Source of the DNA: Azolla caroliniana | Lineage: Eukaryota > Plantae > Polypodiophyta | Length of the DNA stretch: 64,000 nucleotides | Direction of reading: 5' to 3' | NCBI GenBank assembly: GCA_043228905.1 | Contig: JBHGNT010000007.1 | Coordinates: forward strand, 4,774,001 to 4,838,000 | Shown here: positions 40,301 to 51,122 of the stretch, one piece after another | Numbering within the stretch: the first letter of the stretch is position 1 | How the letters are laid out: each line of letters starts with the position of its first letter | Notes under the pieces: model-generated | Database searches by the model: none | Told to the model about the DNA's origin: nothing | The model's input: the letters and a program-made list of their open reading frames with translations, nothing else | Position numbers and translations under genes: made by a program

Positions 40301-41019
40301 TTTGGGTTGGAAACTTGCCTACACCACATCCGTCTTCATGTAGTTTTCAGCCCATTGATTGTCATCAAACGAGAAGGTATGTAGATGAGAGGATGAATGG
40401 ATGAGGGGAAGATAAGATAACTAAATGAAGTATCAAAACATGTGGCAAACAACAATTAACAATTAACTTCTAATGATTAACATTCATTTACTTGAGATCA
40501 ATATGAATTATGTTTTTTGCCCTAAAATAGAGAACCTAAAACATAATGGTCTAAAAAAATAGAGAACCTCAAACAAACTTTGGAATACAACCAAATGATT
40601 TATACTCTCACAACCATATGATCTTCTTGATGCCCATGCCATTGATTGTATTGATGCTCAAAAATATTGCCTAAGCACATTTTTTACGATGCACAATCAA
40701 TTTCATCAAGCACCCAAAGATGACTCACCATAAACCTTGAAGGTAATGAACGCTTTGTTCAATCCTTCTAATTCTTGAAGAACCTCACCATCTATGTCGG
40801 CAAATGGCCCTTCCTCATCTTGGTCATCATGCTTTGACTCATAAATACCAGCCCCAACCCTTTCCTCCTAGGTCAACTTTAGTTGCACATTGCCAAGATT
40901 AAGAGTGATTGACCACATTAGGTGGTTTCCTTCCATCAAGGAAGGCCAAGGTCAAGCTCTCCACATATCCCAAGCCCAAGGGGACCCCGATATCACCCCT
41001 TGCCACACAGCTTAGCCCA

Positions 41020-41170
41020 ATCAATAGTGCCAAAGAAAAATGGAAAACTTTGTGCATGTGTTAGATTGCCCAAAGTTGAATGCAAACATCAACTCCATCC
41101 TCAATGTCGTCGTCGGTTGTGAAACATACAATTTTTTTGATGACTTCATGCGGTTACAATTAGGTGTGAC
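41020..41170 (+). pseudogene. Degenerate Ty3/gypsy RT relic
   Basis: IVPKKNGKLCACV..KLNA..IL..VVGCETYNFFD resembles gypsy VPKKNGKLRVCVDYRKLN..ILD.VAGHE.YSF.D. Confidence 0.6.
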
Positions 41171-43291
41171 CAAGCTCCATTATTTTTTGTTGGTCTACAA
41201 ATTCACTCCCTATAGACCTTTCTATCCTCTACCTTGTGGACATCCTGTTGGATGTTCATCCTTTAGGAATTCAAGTTTGTTATTCTCCACATGCTTGGAA
41301 CCCAACACATGATAGTGGACGATCTCTCACCACAAAACTCTCAAGAGGAAGATGTGAGAGCTGACAATGACTTCCCCGATGTTGCCATCTTCTTCATTTT
41401 TGCCACCAACTTGGCCACCCCCAAACACGATGAGTTGGATAAGTGAATCGAATGACCATAGTTTTAGCAATTTTCCTCGAAGAATTCATGGATCATAAAG
41501 GTACAGACATATGATGCCATGTGGTCTTTGACCACGAGATAGACTACATGTTAAAAGAGACTATTTGCGGAGTGCATTTCTAAAGCAACAATGAAAATGT
41601 GTGGTGGCCCTTGGTATAGAAGGATGGACACTCATTCTAGAGAGTGTATGAGAAATGCTTGGGGCAAACCATGGCTAAGTCTTGTTAGATGTTTGGTGAG
41701 TGTGAACATGGCCAGAAGGCCGTAATGTACATATTAGGTAGTAGTCCTAGGATATTGTCCAAATAGAGAGAGAGAGAGAGAGAGAGAGAATCCAAAATAA
41801 GCATGTTGGTGATCCACCTAATATGTTTCATGATAAAGAAATTAAGGGAACATTCACAATCTTTTCCAATAGGTTACGACGTAAGGCATTGATAGGTAAG
41901 GCCTAGCTAGGTTTTCCATATCACCTACTACGTCAAAGCCTAACTAGTTTTACAGAATATATTGTGATGTAAAGCATCGATAGGTAAGGCAGCATGTGGA
42001 CCATTGCACACATCACATTTATTCCCTTTTATTAACTCCATCGGCACCCTTTTCCTTTTATTTTTATTTACATTTCCTAATGTACATATGCACATGTTGC
42101 ACACCACCGACCTTGCTCGCTCCACCCGGTCTTCTCACCATTGCCAAAAATCCTCACGACGATGTATTATCGATACCCACCAAATGTGGCCGTTTGAGAT
42201 AGTCCCCACACATATGAATGTATTACATCCAGGATCCCATTGCTTACATTCCTCTCTTTCCGGAATGGTTGCCGATGTTGTTTGCCAAACTGACAGGATT
42301 CATAAACACCTGCAATCTCCTTCTCAATAAAGGTTGGGAATCCAGTTATGACTCCTTTCAACTGCATTCCTTTGCGCTTCTGGAGATTGATGTGGTCGAT
42401 TCTTTTGTGCCAGAGCTCTATACCGGTGTCGGTTTTATGGCCCTTGGCAAACATTGCCAATTTCATCTCGTGAGAGTAAAGGATGAACATTTGGCCTTCT
42501 CTTCGTCCGCAAGCGATAATTCGGCCTTCCTTATCGATGAAGCAACCTCCTTGATTGAACTGAACTTGCATGCCTTGTTCCACAATCTGGCTAACTAGGG
42601 CCAGAATCTTCGTTATAGTTGGAACATGTAAGACATTCTTGATGTAGGTCTGCTTGCCCTCTTTGTTGAATGAGACATTGCCGACATGCTAAATGGGGTG
42701 AATTGTGTCATCCCCAATTTCCACATGGCCGGGTTGTTCGGCTTTCGCAACTCTTGGAACCAATCTTCATGAGGCATCATGTGATTGGAAGCATCAGAGT
42801 CGACAAACCATACATTTTCTGAATTGGAGGTACTGGTCGAGCACGATGTCGTCATCGAATTTTCTCTATGCCGCCTTACGAACATTCTGCCATGATCGTC
42901 GTTGTCAAAATTTGAGGCGTGGTTGGTGAGTCGTTGGCTTGTGAAAGCCGACTCACTTTTCTTCTTCCAACACTCTGCCTCGTAGTGGCTGAATTTTCCA
43001 AAGTATCCACATTGTACAAAGTTGTTTTGTTGGCTTGGTTCAGCATGATTGCTCCCCCTTCTACCAGACGCTCCTCCTCGCGTGTTTGTGACGTCTTGAC
43101 GATAGTAGAAGTTGTGCTCATGGGAGTGCCCTTGGTTGTGTCGGCCTTGGCTGAATCGGCCTCTTCTTTCATGATTGTGCCCTCTTCCTCCGTCTGAACT
43201 CATATAGAGCATTTGTCCGTCTGATGTATTGCCTCTTGTTTAGATGTGATTTTCTTCGACCAGTACCATTGTCAGGAATAGTACTAAAATA

Positions 43292-46200
43292 TGTTAGAAA
43301 TTGACGCTTTCAATTAACCTTCACCTCTCGGCCACAACCGAGGAAGCGCGAATCAATGCAGCAGAAAATCGAAAACACAGAGAGAGACTCGAATACACAG
43401 GGTTTAACGTGGAAAACCCTAGACGGGAAAAACCACGGGAGTGCAAAACTCCAACTATCACTATACGCTGGGAATGTACAATGGCGAGCTGCAAGGCGAC
43501 GACCTTGAGCTCGCTGTCCTCGCCACAGGCGGCGGTATTACACAGAGGCGTCGACCTCTTCCTTTCTCTCTCTCTCTCACGGCTGCTCTCACTTCGCTCC
43601 CTCTAAGTGGAAAACAGAAAAATGAGCAACAACACCAAAACTGTTTGCCCTAAGTCATATTTATACACATATGACTTTCGGGCTATTTACAAATATAGCC
43701 TCAAGGGCCCTTGGCAAACATATTCACAAATATGTCCCCGCATCCGGATCTCTCTCCGGGTACATTCGTCATCCGGCTCCGTAAACGGGGTCTTCATCCT
43801 CCGGTTCCGTAACCGCAACCGGGCTTGCCGTCATTCATCTCCGGACATCCGACCATCCCATCCGGAGGGACCGTAATCCCAACAAACTCCCCCTTCACTT
43901 CGGCATGGGATGTCTCTCCAATCCGATCCTCTTCCGGCATGCTTCCAGCTTGTCGGGTGTGAGCCCCTTGGTCAGCATATCCGACCCGTTCTCGTCCGTG
44001 TGGATCTTCGTCAGCACGAACTCCTTGTCTTCTATCCTTTCCCGGATCCAGTGATATCTTCGCTGGATGTGCTTCGTCCGGGAGTGATAGGCCGCGTTCT
44101 TCGCAAGGTGGATGGCACTCTGACTGTCGCAGTAGAGTCGGTACTCCTCCTGCTGGATACCGAGCTCTCTAATGAAGTCCTTCATCCATATTATTTCCTT
44201 GCCGGCTTCAACAGCCGCCATGTACTCCGCCTCCGTGGTTGACAACGCAACCGTCTTCTGCAGCCTCGACTGCCATGAAACAGCTCCCCCTGCATACGTC
44301 ATCACATACCCCGATGTGGACCGGCTAGTATCTGCATCAGCCGACATATCCGAATCGGTAAAGCCGTCGAGTTCGGGCTTACCGGAGCTGAATCGGAGGC
44401 ACACGTTTGTCGTGCCCTTCAGGTATCGGAGTATCCACTTGGCCGCGTTCCAATGCTCTTTGCCGGGATTGCTCATGTACCGGCTCACCACTCCGACTGC
44501 ATATCCTATGTCCGGTCTTGTACACACCATTGCGTACATCAAGCTTCCGACGGTAGAGGCACGTGGTACTTTCATCATGTCCTCCTTCTCAGCCTTTGTC
44601 TTGGGGCTTTGCTTGCTGGACAGCTTGCAGTTTGCCGGGAGGGTTGACCCGACCGGTCTTGCTTCCGACATGTTGAACCGGTGAAGCACCTTTGTCACGT
44701 ACTTCTCCTGTGACAGCCACAACTGCTTCTTCTTCCGGTCCCGGATGATGTGCATCCCTAGTATTTGCCTCGCCGGACCCAGGTCCTTCATTGAGAAGGT
44801 TCGGTGAAGCGCTTTCTTCAGCATCCGTATCTTGACCTGGTCCTGTCCGACGATCAACATGTCGTCTACGTACAGAAGGAGTATTAGACAGTCTCCTCCT
44901 TCGAACTTCTTCACAAACACGCAGTGATCGGACTGCGTTTTGTGGTACCCTTCGTCGGTCATGAAAGAGTCGAACTTCCGGTACCATTGCCGGGGAGCCT
45001 GCTTCAGTCCGTAAAGGCTCTTCTTCAACCGGCACACCAGGTGCTCCTTCCCTTTCTTCTCGAATCCTTCCGGTTGCTGCATGTAGATCTCTTCTTCGAG
45101 GTCACCGTGAAGGAATGCCGTCTTCACGTCCATCTGTTCTACCTCGAGGTCCATGCTTGCCGCTATGCTCAGCACCGTCCGGATGGAGGTCATCTTCACT
45201 ACCGGGGCAAATATCTCGTCGAAGTCGACGCCCTTCTTCTGCTGGAACCCCTTCACCACGATCCTGGCTTTGTATCTCGGGGGGTTTCCGGCATCTCCCG
45301 GTTTCAGCTTGAACACCCACTTGTTTCGAAGTGCCCGCTTTCCTTTCGGCAACTCCACAAGTTCATATGTGTGGTTCTCATGCAGGGAATCCATCTCCTC
45401 CTGCATGGCACTTAACCACCTGCGGCTATGGGTGTCAAGCTTTGCTTCTTCAAAACTCTCCGGCTCCCCCTCGTCGGTTAGCAGCACATGCTCTGGTTCC
45501 GGAAATCTCCGGGGGGCCCTTCTCTCTCTTAGAGGATATCTCCGTTCCGGAGCTTCGGTAACCGGCTCCTCCGTTTCCTCTTCATCCGAATCCATTTCGG
45601 GATCGGGGCCGGTTCCGGTATCAGTTTCATCTTCCTCAGCCGGTTCTGTTTCTACATCGTCTTCGGCCGGATCCTCAAGTGCTAACCGGTCCCTTGCCGG
45701 TCGGGACTGCTCCTCATAGAGTTGATCCTCACCGGTCGACTTGGAGCTCTTCATCTTCTTCTCCGACTCCCAGTCGGCGAGTGTTTTGTCCTCCATGAAG
45801 ATGATATCACGACTCCTGAATATCTTCTTGTTGACCGGGTCCCATACTCGGTAGCCGAACTCGTCGTCGCCGTAACCGAGGAATATGCATGGCCGGGTCT
45901 TTGGATCTAACTTTCCTCTCCGGTCCTTTGCCACATGCACGTATGCGAGACACTCGAACACCTTCAGATGCCGGTAGGACACTTCCTTACCGGTCCACAC
46001 TCTCTGTGGCGTGTCTCCATCCAGGGGTACCGAGGGTGATCTATTTATCACATATGTCGCCGTCGACATTGCCTCAGCCCAAAATCCCTTGGGTAATTTC
46101 GCATGAGCTAGCAAGCTCCGGACCCTCTCCATTATGGTCCGGTTCATCCTCTCGGCCAGCCCGTTCAGTTCCGGCGTCTTCGGCACAGTAAACTCGAGCC

Positions 46201-48592
46201 GGATTCCCATCGAACGGCAATACTTCTCAAATTGCCCTCGGTATTCTCCTCCGTTATCCGCTCGTAGTGCTTTCAGCTTCTTGCCGGATTCTCTTTCCAC
46301 TCTCGCGTGGAGTTCTTTGAAGACGGACAATACTTGGTCCTTTGTCTTCAGCGGTGCCGTCCACAACTTCCGGCTATGGTCATCTATGAATGTTACGAAG
46401 TACTGGGCTCCGCCATGTGACTTCGTTTCTACCTGACACACATCAGTGTGTACCAACTCCAATGGTACACTACGTCTCGTCGGTGGCCTTGAGTGGAAGG
46501 AGGTTCGGTTCTGCTTACCGGCCAGGCAATCGGTGCACTTCTCCAGGTGCACGTGCTTCACTGGAATAAGGTTGTCTTCTGCAAGCCTCTTCATCCCCTT
46601 CTCACTCATGTGGCACAGTCTCTTGTGCCACAGCTCACCGGCAGTGTCGGCTGCCACGTTCAACTCCTCCGGACACAACCAGGCACTCATAAGGTACAAT
46701 GTGTTGAATTTCCGGGCCCGGGCCACTATTAGGCTCCCCTTGCTGAACTTCATTACGCCGTTCCGGATGCTACCTGCATAGCCTTCATCGTCTAGCCTCC
46801 CGGCCGAAATCAGGTTCAATCGAACCTCCGGAACGTGTCGGACATCCTTCAACAACATTTTGCATCCGGTCGAGGTTGTCAACCACACGTCTCCTATGCC
46901 GGCAATCCGGCACGTACCTTCATTTCCCATCCGAACACAGCCATGCTCACCGGATGTGTAGGATGAGAAGTATCTTCTTTCCGGGGTCAGGTGGAACGAC
47001 GCTCCGGAATCGACCACCCAGGTAGTCTCATCGCCGGCAATGTTTAGTTCACCTTCTTCGGTGATGAGCATGATCTCCTCTTCACTTGCCGCGAGTGCCG
47101 TTGTTCCTTTCCGGTCCTGCCCTCGCCGATCCGAACCATTCCGGTCCGTGGCTCCCCGATAAGCACCGTTCCGTTCCGAAGACTTCTTCGAATCGGTGTC
47201 GTCGGCTCCGTTGTCTTTTCGGTAATGCCGACAATTCTTTCGGAAGTGCCCCGGCTTCCCACAGTGGAAGCATGTGGGCCTTCCTCTTGACTGCGACCGG
47301 GTCCCCGACTTCTCCCGTCTTTGCGGACTCCGGTTCCGTTGTCTTCCCCGATCCGATTCGGCAAGCAGCATCTTCGGATCGGAGGCTGGTTCTTTATCTC
47401 TTCGACGCGCTTCTTCGTTCAAAATGCTTGTCTTTACCGTTTGTAGGGACAAGTTTTCTTCGGTGCAGGAGGTGCTGAGAGTCACCACCAAGTTCTCCCA
47501 GCTTTCCGGCAATGTACACATCAGTATGATGGCTTGCATTGCATCCTCCAACGGGAACTTGATCGCCGCAAGCTGGTTCACGAATCCCATGAACGTGCTT
47601 ACGTGTTCCACCATACTCTCGCCGTCCCGGTACTTGAGGTTCACTATCTTCCTCATCAGGGAGGTCCGGTTCAACGCATTCTTCCTCTCGTAGAGGCCCG
47701 ACAGCTTCTGCCACATCTCATATGCGTTGGTGTCGTTCGCCACATGTTGTAGAACGCTCACGTCGACGTATTGCCGAATGGTTGCAACGGCTTTCCGGTT
47801 CAGAAGCCTCCATTCCGTCTCAAGTACCCCCTTGGGTATTTCCGACCTGTCGATCGGTTCATACAGGTCCCGAACAATGAGCAGATCCTCCATCTTTATC
47901 TTCCAGTCGGTGTAGTTCTGCGCATTCAGCACTATCATCCCCGGCTGCCCGCTGCTGCCGCCTTCCATTTTCTGTACTGCAGTCGCTCTGATACCAGATT
48001 GTTAGAAATTGACGCTTTCAATTAACCTTCACCTCTCGGCCACAACCGAGGAAGTGCGAATCAATGCAGCAGAAAATCGAAAACACAGAGAGAGACTCGA
48101 ATACACAGGGTTTAACGTGGAAAACCCTAGACGGGAAAAACCACGGGAGTGCAAGACTCCAACTATCACTATACGCTGGGAATGTACAATGGCGAGCTGC
48201 AAGGCGACGACCTTGAGCTCGCTGTCCTCGCCACAGGCGGCGGTATTACATAGAGGCGTCGACCTCTTCCTTTCTCTCTCTCTCTCACGGCTGCTCTCAC
48301 TTCGCTCCCTCTAAGTGGAAAACAGAAAAATGAGCAACAACACCAAAACTGTTTGCCCTAAGTCATATTTATACACATATGACTTTCGGGCTATTTACAA
48401 ATATAGCCTCAAGGGCCCTTGGCAAACATATTCACAAATATGTCCCCGCATCCGGATCTCTCTCCAGGTACATTCGTCATCTGGCTCCGTAAACGAGGTC
48501 TTCATCCTCCGGTTCCGTAACCGCAACCGGGCTTGCCGTCATTCATCTCCGGACATCCGACCATCCCATCCGGAGGGACCGTAATCCCAACA
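43292..48592 (-). mobile_element. Full-length young Tnt1/Tork-like Ty1/copia element
   Basis: 593-bp LTRs 43292-43884 and 48000-48592 with 6 transitions counted by eye; TSD AAATA; PBS TGGTATCAGAGC 47985-47996; PPT 43885-43895. Confidence 0.97.
43895..47968 (-). CDS. Intact gag-pol polyprotein, 1357 aa (Gag, Zn knuckle, protease, integrase, RT, RNaseH)
   Basis: CFHCGKPGHFRKNC, VVDSGAS, VHTDVC/RADNGGEY/NGLAERMNR, LYVDD, FTDSD/EAEY/CDSQ. Confidence 0.97.
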   Translation of the reverse strand: MEGGSSGQPGMIVLNAQNYTDWKIKMEDLLIVRDLYEPIDRSEIPKGVLETEWRLLNRKAVATIRQYVDVSVLQHVANDTNAYEMWQKLSGLYERKNALNRTSLMRKIVNLKYRDGESMVEHVSTFMGFVNQLAAIKFPLEDAMQAIILMCTLPESWENLVVTLSTSCTEENLSLQTVKTSILNEEARRRDKEPASDPKMLLAESDRGRQRNRSPQRREKSGTRSQSRGRPTCFHCGKPGHFRKNCRHYRKDNGADDTDSKKSSERNGAYRGATDRNGSDRRGQDRKGTTALAASEEEIMLITEEGELNIAGDETTWVVDSGASFHLTPERRYFSSYTSGEHGCVRMGNEGTCRIAGIGDVWLTTSTGCKMLLKDVRHVPEVRLNLISAGRLDDEGYAGSIRNGVMKFSKGSLIVARARKFNTLYLMSAWLCPEELNVAADTAGELWHKRLCHMSEKGMKRLAEDNLIPVKHVHLEKCTDCLAGKQNRTSFHSRPPTRRSVPLELVHTDVCQVETKSHGGAQYFVTFIDDHSRKLWTAPLKTKDQVLSVFKELHARVERESGKKLKALRADNGGEYRGQFEKYCRSMGIRLEFTVPKTPELNGLAERMNRTIMERVRSLLAHAKLPKGFWAEAMSTATYVINRSPSVPLDGDTPQRVWTGKEVSYRHLKVFECLAYVHVAKDRRGKLDPKTRPCIFLGYGDDEFGYRVWDPVNKKIFRSRDIIFMEDKTLADWESEKKMKSSKSTGEDQLYEEQSRPARDRLALEDPAEDDVETEPAEEDETDTGTGPDPEMDSDEEETEEPVTEAPERRYPLRERRAPRRFPEPEHVLLTDEGEPESFEEAKLDTHSRRWLSAMQEEMDSLHENHTYELVELPKGKRALRNKWVFKLKPGDAGNPPRYKARIVVKGFQQKKGVDFDEIFAPVVKMTSIRTVLSIAASMDLEVEQMDVKTAFLHGDLEEEIYMQQPEGFEKKGKEHLVCRLKKSLYGLKQAPRQWYRKFDSFMTDEGYHKTQSDHCVFVKKFEGGDCLILLLYVDDMLIVGQDQVKIRMLKKALHRTFSMKDLGPARQILGMHIIRDRKKKQLWLSQEKYVTKVLHRFNMSEARPVGSTLPANCKLSSKQSPKTKAEKEDMMKVPRASTVGSLMYAMVCTRPDIGYAVGVVSRYMSNPGKEHWNAAKWILRYLKGTTNVCLRFSSGKPELDGFTDSDMSADADTSRSTSGYVMTYAGGAVSWQSRLQKTVALSTTEAEYMAAVEAGKEIIWMKDFIRELGIQQEEYRLYCDSQSAIHLAKNAAYHSRTKHIQRRYHWIRERIEDKEFVLTKIHTDENGSDMLTKGLTPDKLEACRKRIGLERHPMPK

Positions 48593-49387
48593 AAATAGAG
48601 AGAGAATTAGTACTGGAAAAGGGAAGTACTATTAGTACTAAGAGGATGGGACTGTGTAAGACTCCCGAGAGAGGAAGAGAGAAGAGGAGAGAGAGAGAGA
48701 GATAGCGATGACGAGAGAGGGAGAGAGAGATGATGATAACAGAGGATATATTATGTGAAGAGTAAGTACAAAAGGACTATGAGGCTTAAGACTGGCGTTG
48801 AACCAATTTGGTTCAAACTAATGCCTAGTGCCTTCTTTTATAGTGTTCTCAGGAGTAATCCTGAAGCTTCTAGAATGTTCCAGAGAAATCTGGAATATAC
48901 ATTAATTTCCTATAATAAAACTTAAATGAAAATAATATCCTACGTATTACAATAGATGGTATAATGGTCAAGAGCTCGACCCATATAACATAAGGTCATG
49001 GGTTCGAGTCTTGCCATATATGTGACACTATCTTCCCCTTAAAACGACGAGTGGAATGAGTCAACGTTGATTGTGGACCGGGTTTGTCCGAATACTTTCG
49101 ATGGAACTCAGCAAGAAGATCTTGAGCATTGGCGACATGCTCGACGGGTTCCCAAGTACGTTTGCTTGGACTATAGGTGAGCCAATCGACCAAATAATAA
49201 AGTTTGTTGTGAACAAGTTTGGAATCGAGGACGGCAACAACTTCATACTCCGGGCCGGCTTCCAACTCAAGTGGGGGCAGTGGTGGTGTAACATAATCAG
49301 AATAGTGTTTTCTTTATAAGGTTCAAGAAGAGAGCTATGGAAAACCGGATGTATCTGAAGATGCGGAGGGAGATCAAGGCAGAACGT

Positions 49388-51122
49388 TGTCGCGAAGCTT
49401 CACCCGCGTGTGTTACTTGGGCGGAACCATAGGGGGTCTTGGACTAGGGAGTACTCAAGGGATAGAGAAGACTCGAGGTTTGCTTTATGACAATACTACT
49501 TCCCGACCATCTCGTTGCCCTTTGTTTTGTGAGGCGGTGGCTCTCGTTGATCACGACTCGTTGACCTTTCGAGATCACCGCACGAGCCAAGTGATCAAAC
49601 GGGTACAAGCAAGATGAACGCACAAGGGGACGATAACACAAACACGAATGCCCGTACGTCTTTATGAGGAGGAGAGGTGCATGGGCACTCCCGAACGCTC
49701 CCTCATCACAAGACGTCGAACGTATGAGGAAGACACAAAACACACGCACAAATGCTCGTACGCCTTTATGAGGAGGAGAGGTGCATGGGCAAGCCTGAAA
49801 CGCTCCCTCATCATGAGACGACCGAACGTACAAGGAAGACAAAAACACACGCACGAAATGCTCGTACGCCTCTATGAGGAGGAGAGGTGCATGGGCAAGC
49901 CCGGACACTCCCTTGTCACGAGACGACCGAACGTACAAGGAAGACAGAAACACACGCACGAAATGCTCATACGCCTTTATGAGGAGGAGAGGTGCATGGG
50001 CAAGCCCGAAACGGTACCTCGTCACAAGATGACCGAACATACAAGGAAGACACAAACACACACACAAATGCTCGTACGTCTTTATGAGGAGGAGAGGTGC
50101 ATGGGCACACCCGAAACGGTCCCTCTTCACAAGACGGCCGAACGTACAAGGAAGACACAAACACACGCACAAAATGCTCATACGCCTTTATGAGGAGGAG
50201 AGGTGCATGGGCAAGCCCGAAACGGTGCCTCGTCACAAGACGGCCGAACGTACAAGGAAGACACAAACACACGCACAAAATGCTCGTACGCCTTTATGAG
50301 GAGGAGAGGTGCATGGGCAAGTCCAAAACGGTCCCTCATCACAAGACGGCCGAACGTACAAGGAAGACAGTAACAAAGAAAGAAGGAAAGAAAGAAACAC
50401 GAATGATATCGGCCAAAGAAATAAATACGTGTTTGATTCCAACGCAAGAGAACCCTTTATAAAATAGGGTTTGATTACAATGGCAACTTATAGTTAACCA
50501 CAAGCTCAATCAAAACATAAATACTAAATGCCCTTAGCGACAAGAGCAAATCCGAACACGGCGAAGATGAACACATAAGCACCACCAAAATGCCAATCCC
50601 AACGAACCACGACCACCCGAACGGCGAGCACACGGGCTCGCAATGACGAACGGGGCGGAGCAACGTCAAACCAACGAAGCTTGGGCTCACGAGCACTTCG
50701 AGTGCCGACGCGAAGAAGACGAGCACGTGGCGGTGGGGGGATGAAGGGGTATGAGATGAAGAGAAATGGTGAATAAGAAGATGAAGAGCTTCGAAGGAAA
50801 ATTGGCGATAGTCTCCTCCTCCCAAAACGTCCTCCCAAATGAAGTCAATGTGATTATCCACTAGCCCATTAACCCTCTCTTATATAATATATGATTCTAT
50901 CTCTATAAATTCATAGCATGTCTCCCCTCTACCTTTTATCTCTCCTCTCTCTTACTTTTTACACGAGCTTCCATGCATCCTTTCCACCCTTTCCTTTCCC
51001 TTTTCTTTTTCATGTGCTCAATTAATCGCCTTTGTGTGCACACACATTGCACATGCACATTTTGACCCCCCCCCCCCCCTTTCGCCGGTTTTTCCCACTC
51101 TCGAGCACGCCACATCACGACA
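49388..51122. mobile_element. 1.7-kb solo LTR-like insertion with 4-bp TSD
   Basis: Ends TGTCGCGA..TCACGACA; TSD ACGT 49384-49387 and 51123-51126; host integrase frame VNDVTFCLDLP restored on removal. Confidence 0.8.
49620..50369. repeat. Tandem array of ~7 units of ~105 bp within the solo LTR
   Basis: ATGAGGAGGAGAGGTGCATGGGCA recurs every 104-106 bp. Confidence 0.95.

Noticed and set aside
43910-48025. Many antisense and alternate-frame ORFs over the intact copia
   Set aside because: Expected shadows of a GC-rich coding sequence; no motifs
49620-50369. Possible CRISPR array
   Set aside because: Whole 105-bp units repeat with no unique spacers; eukaryotic context and no cas genes
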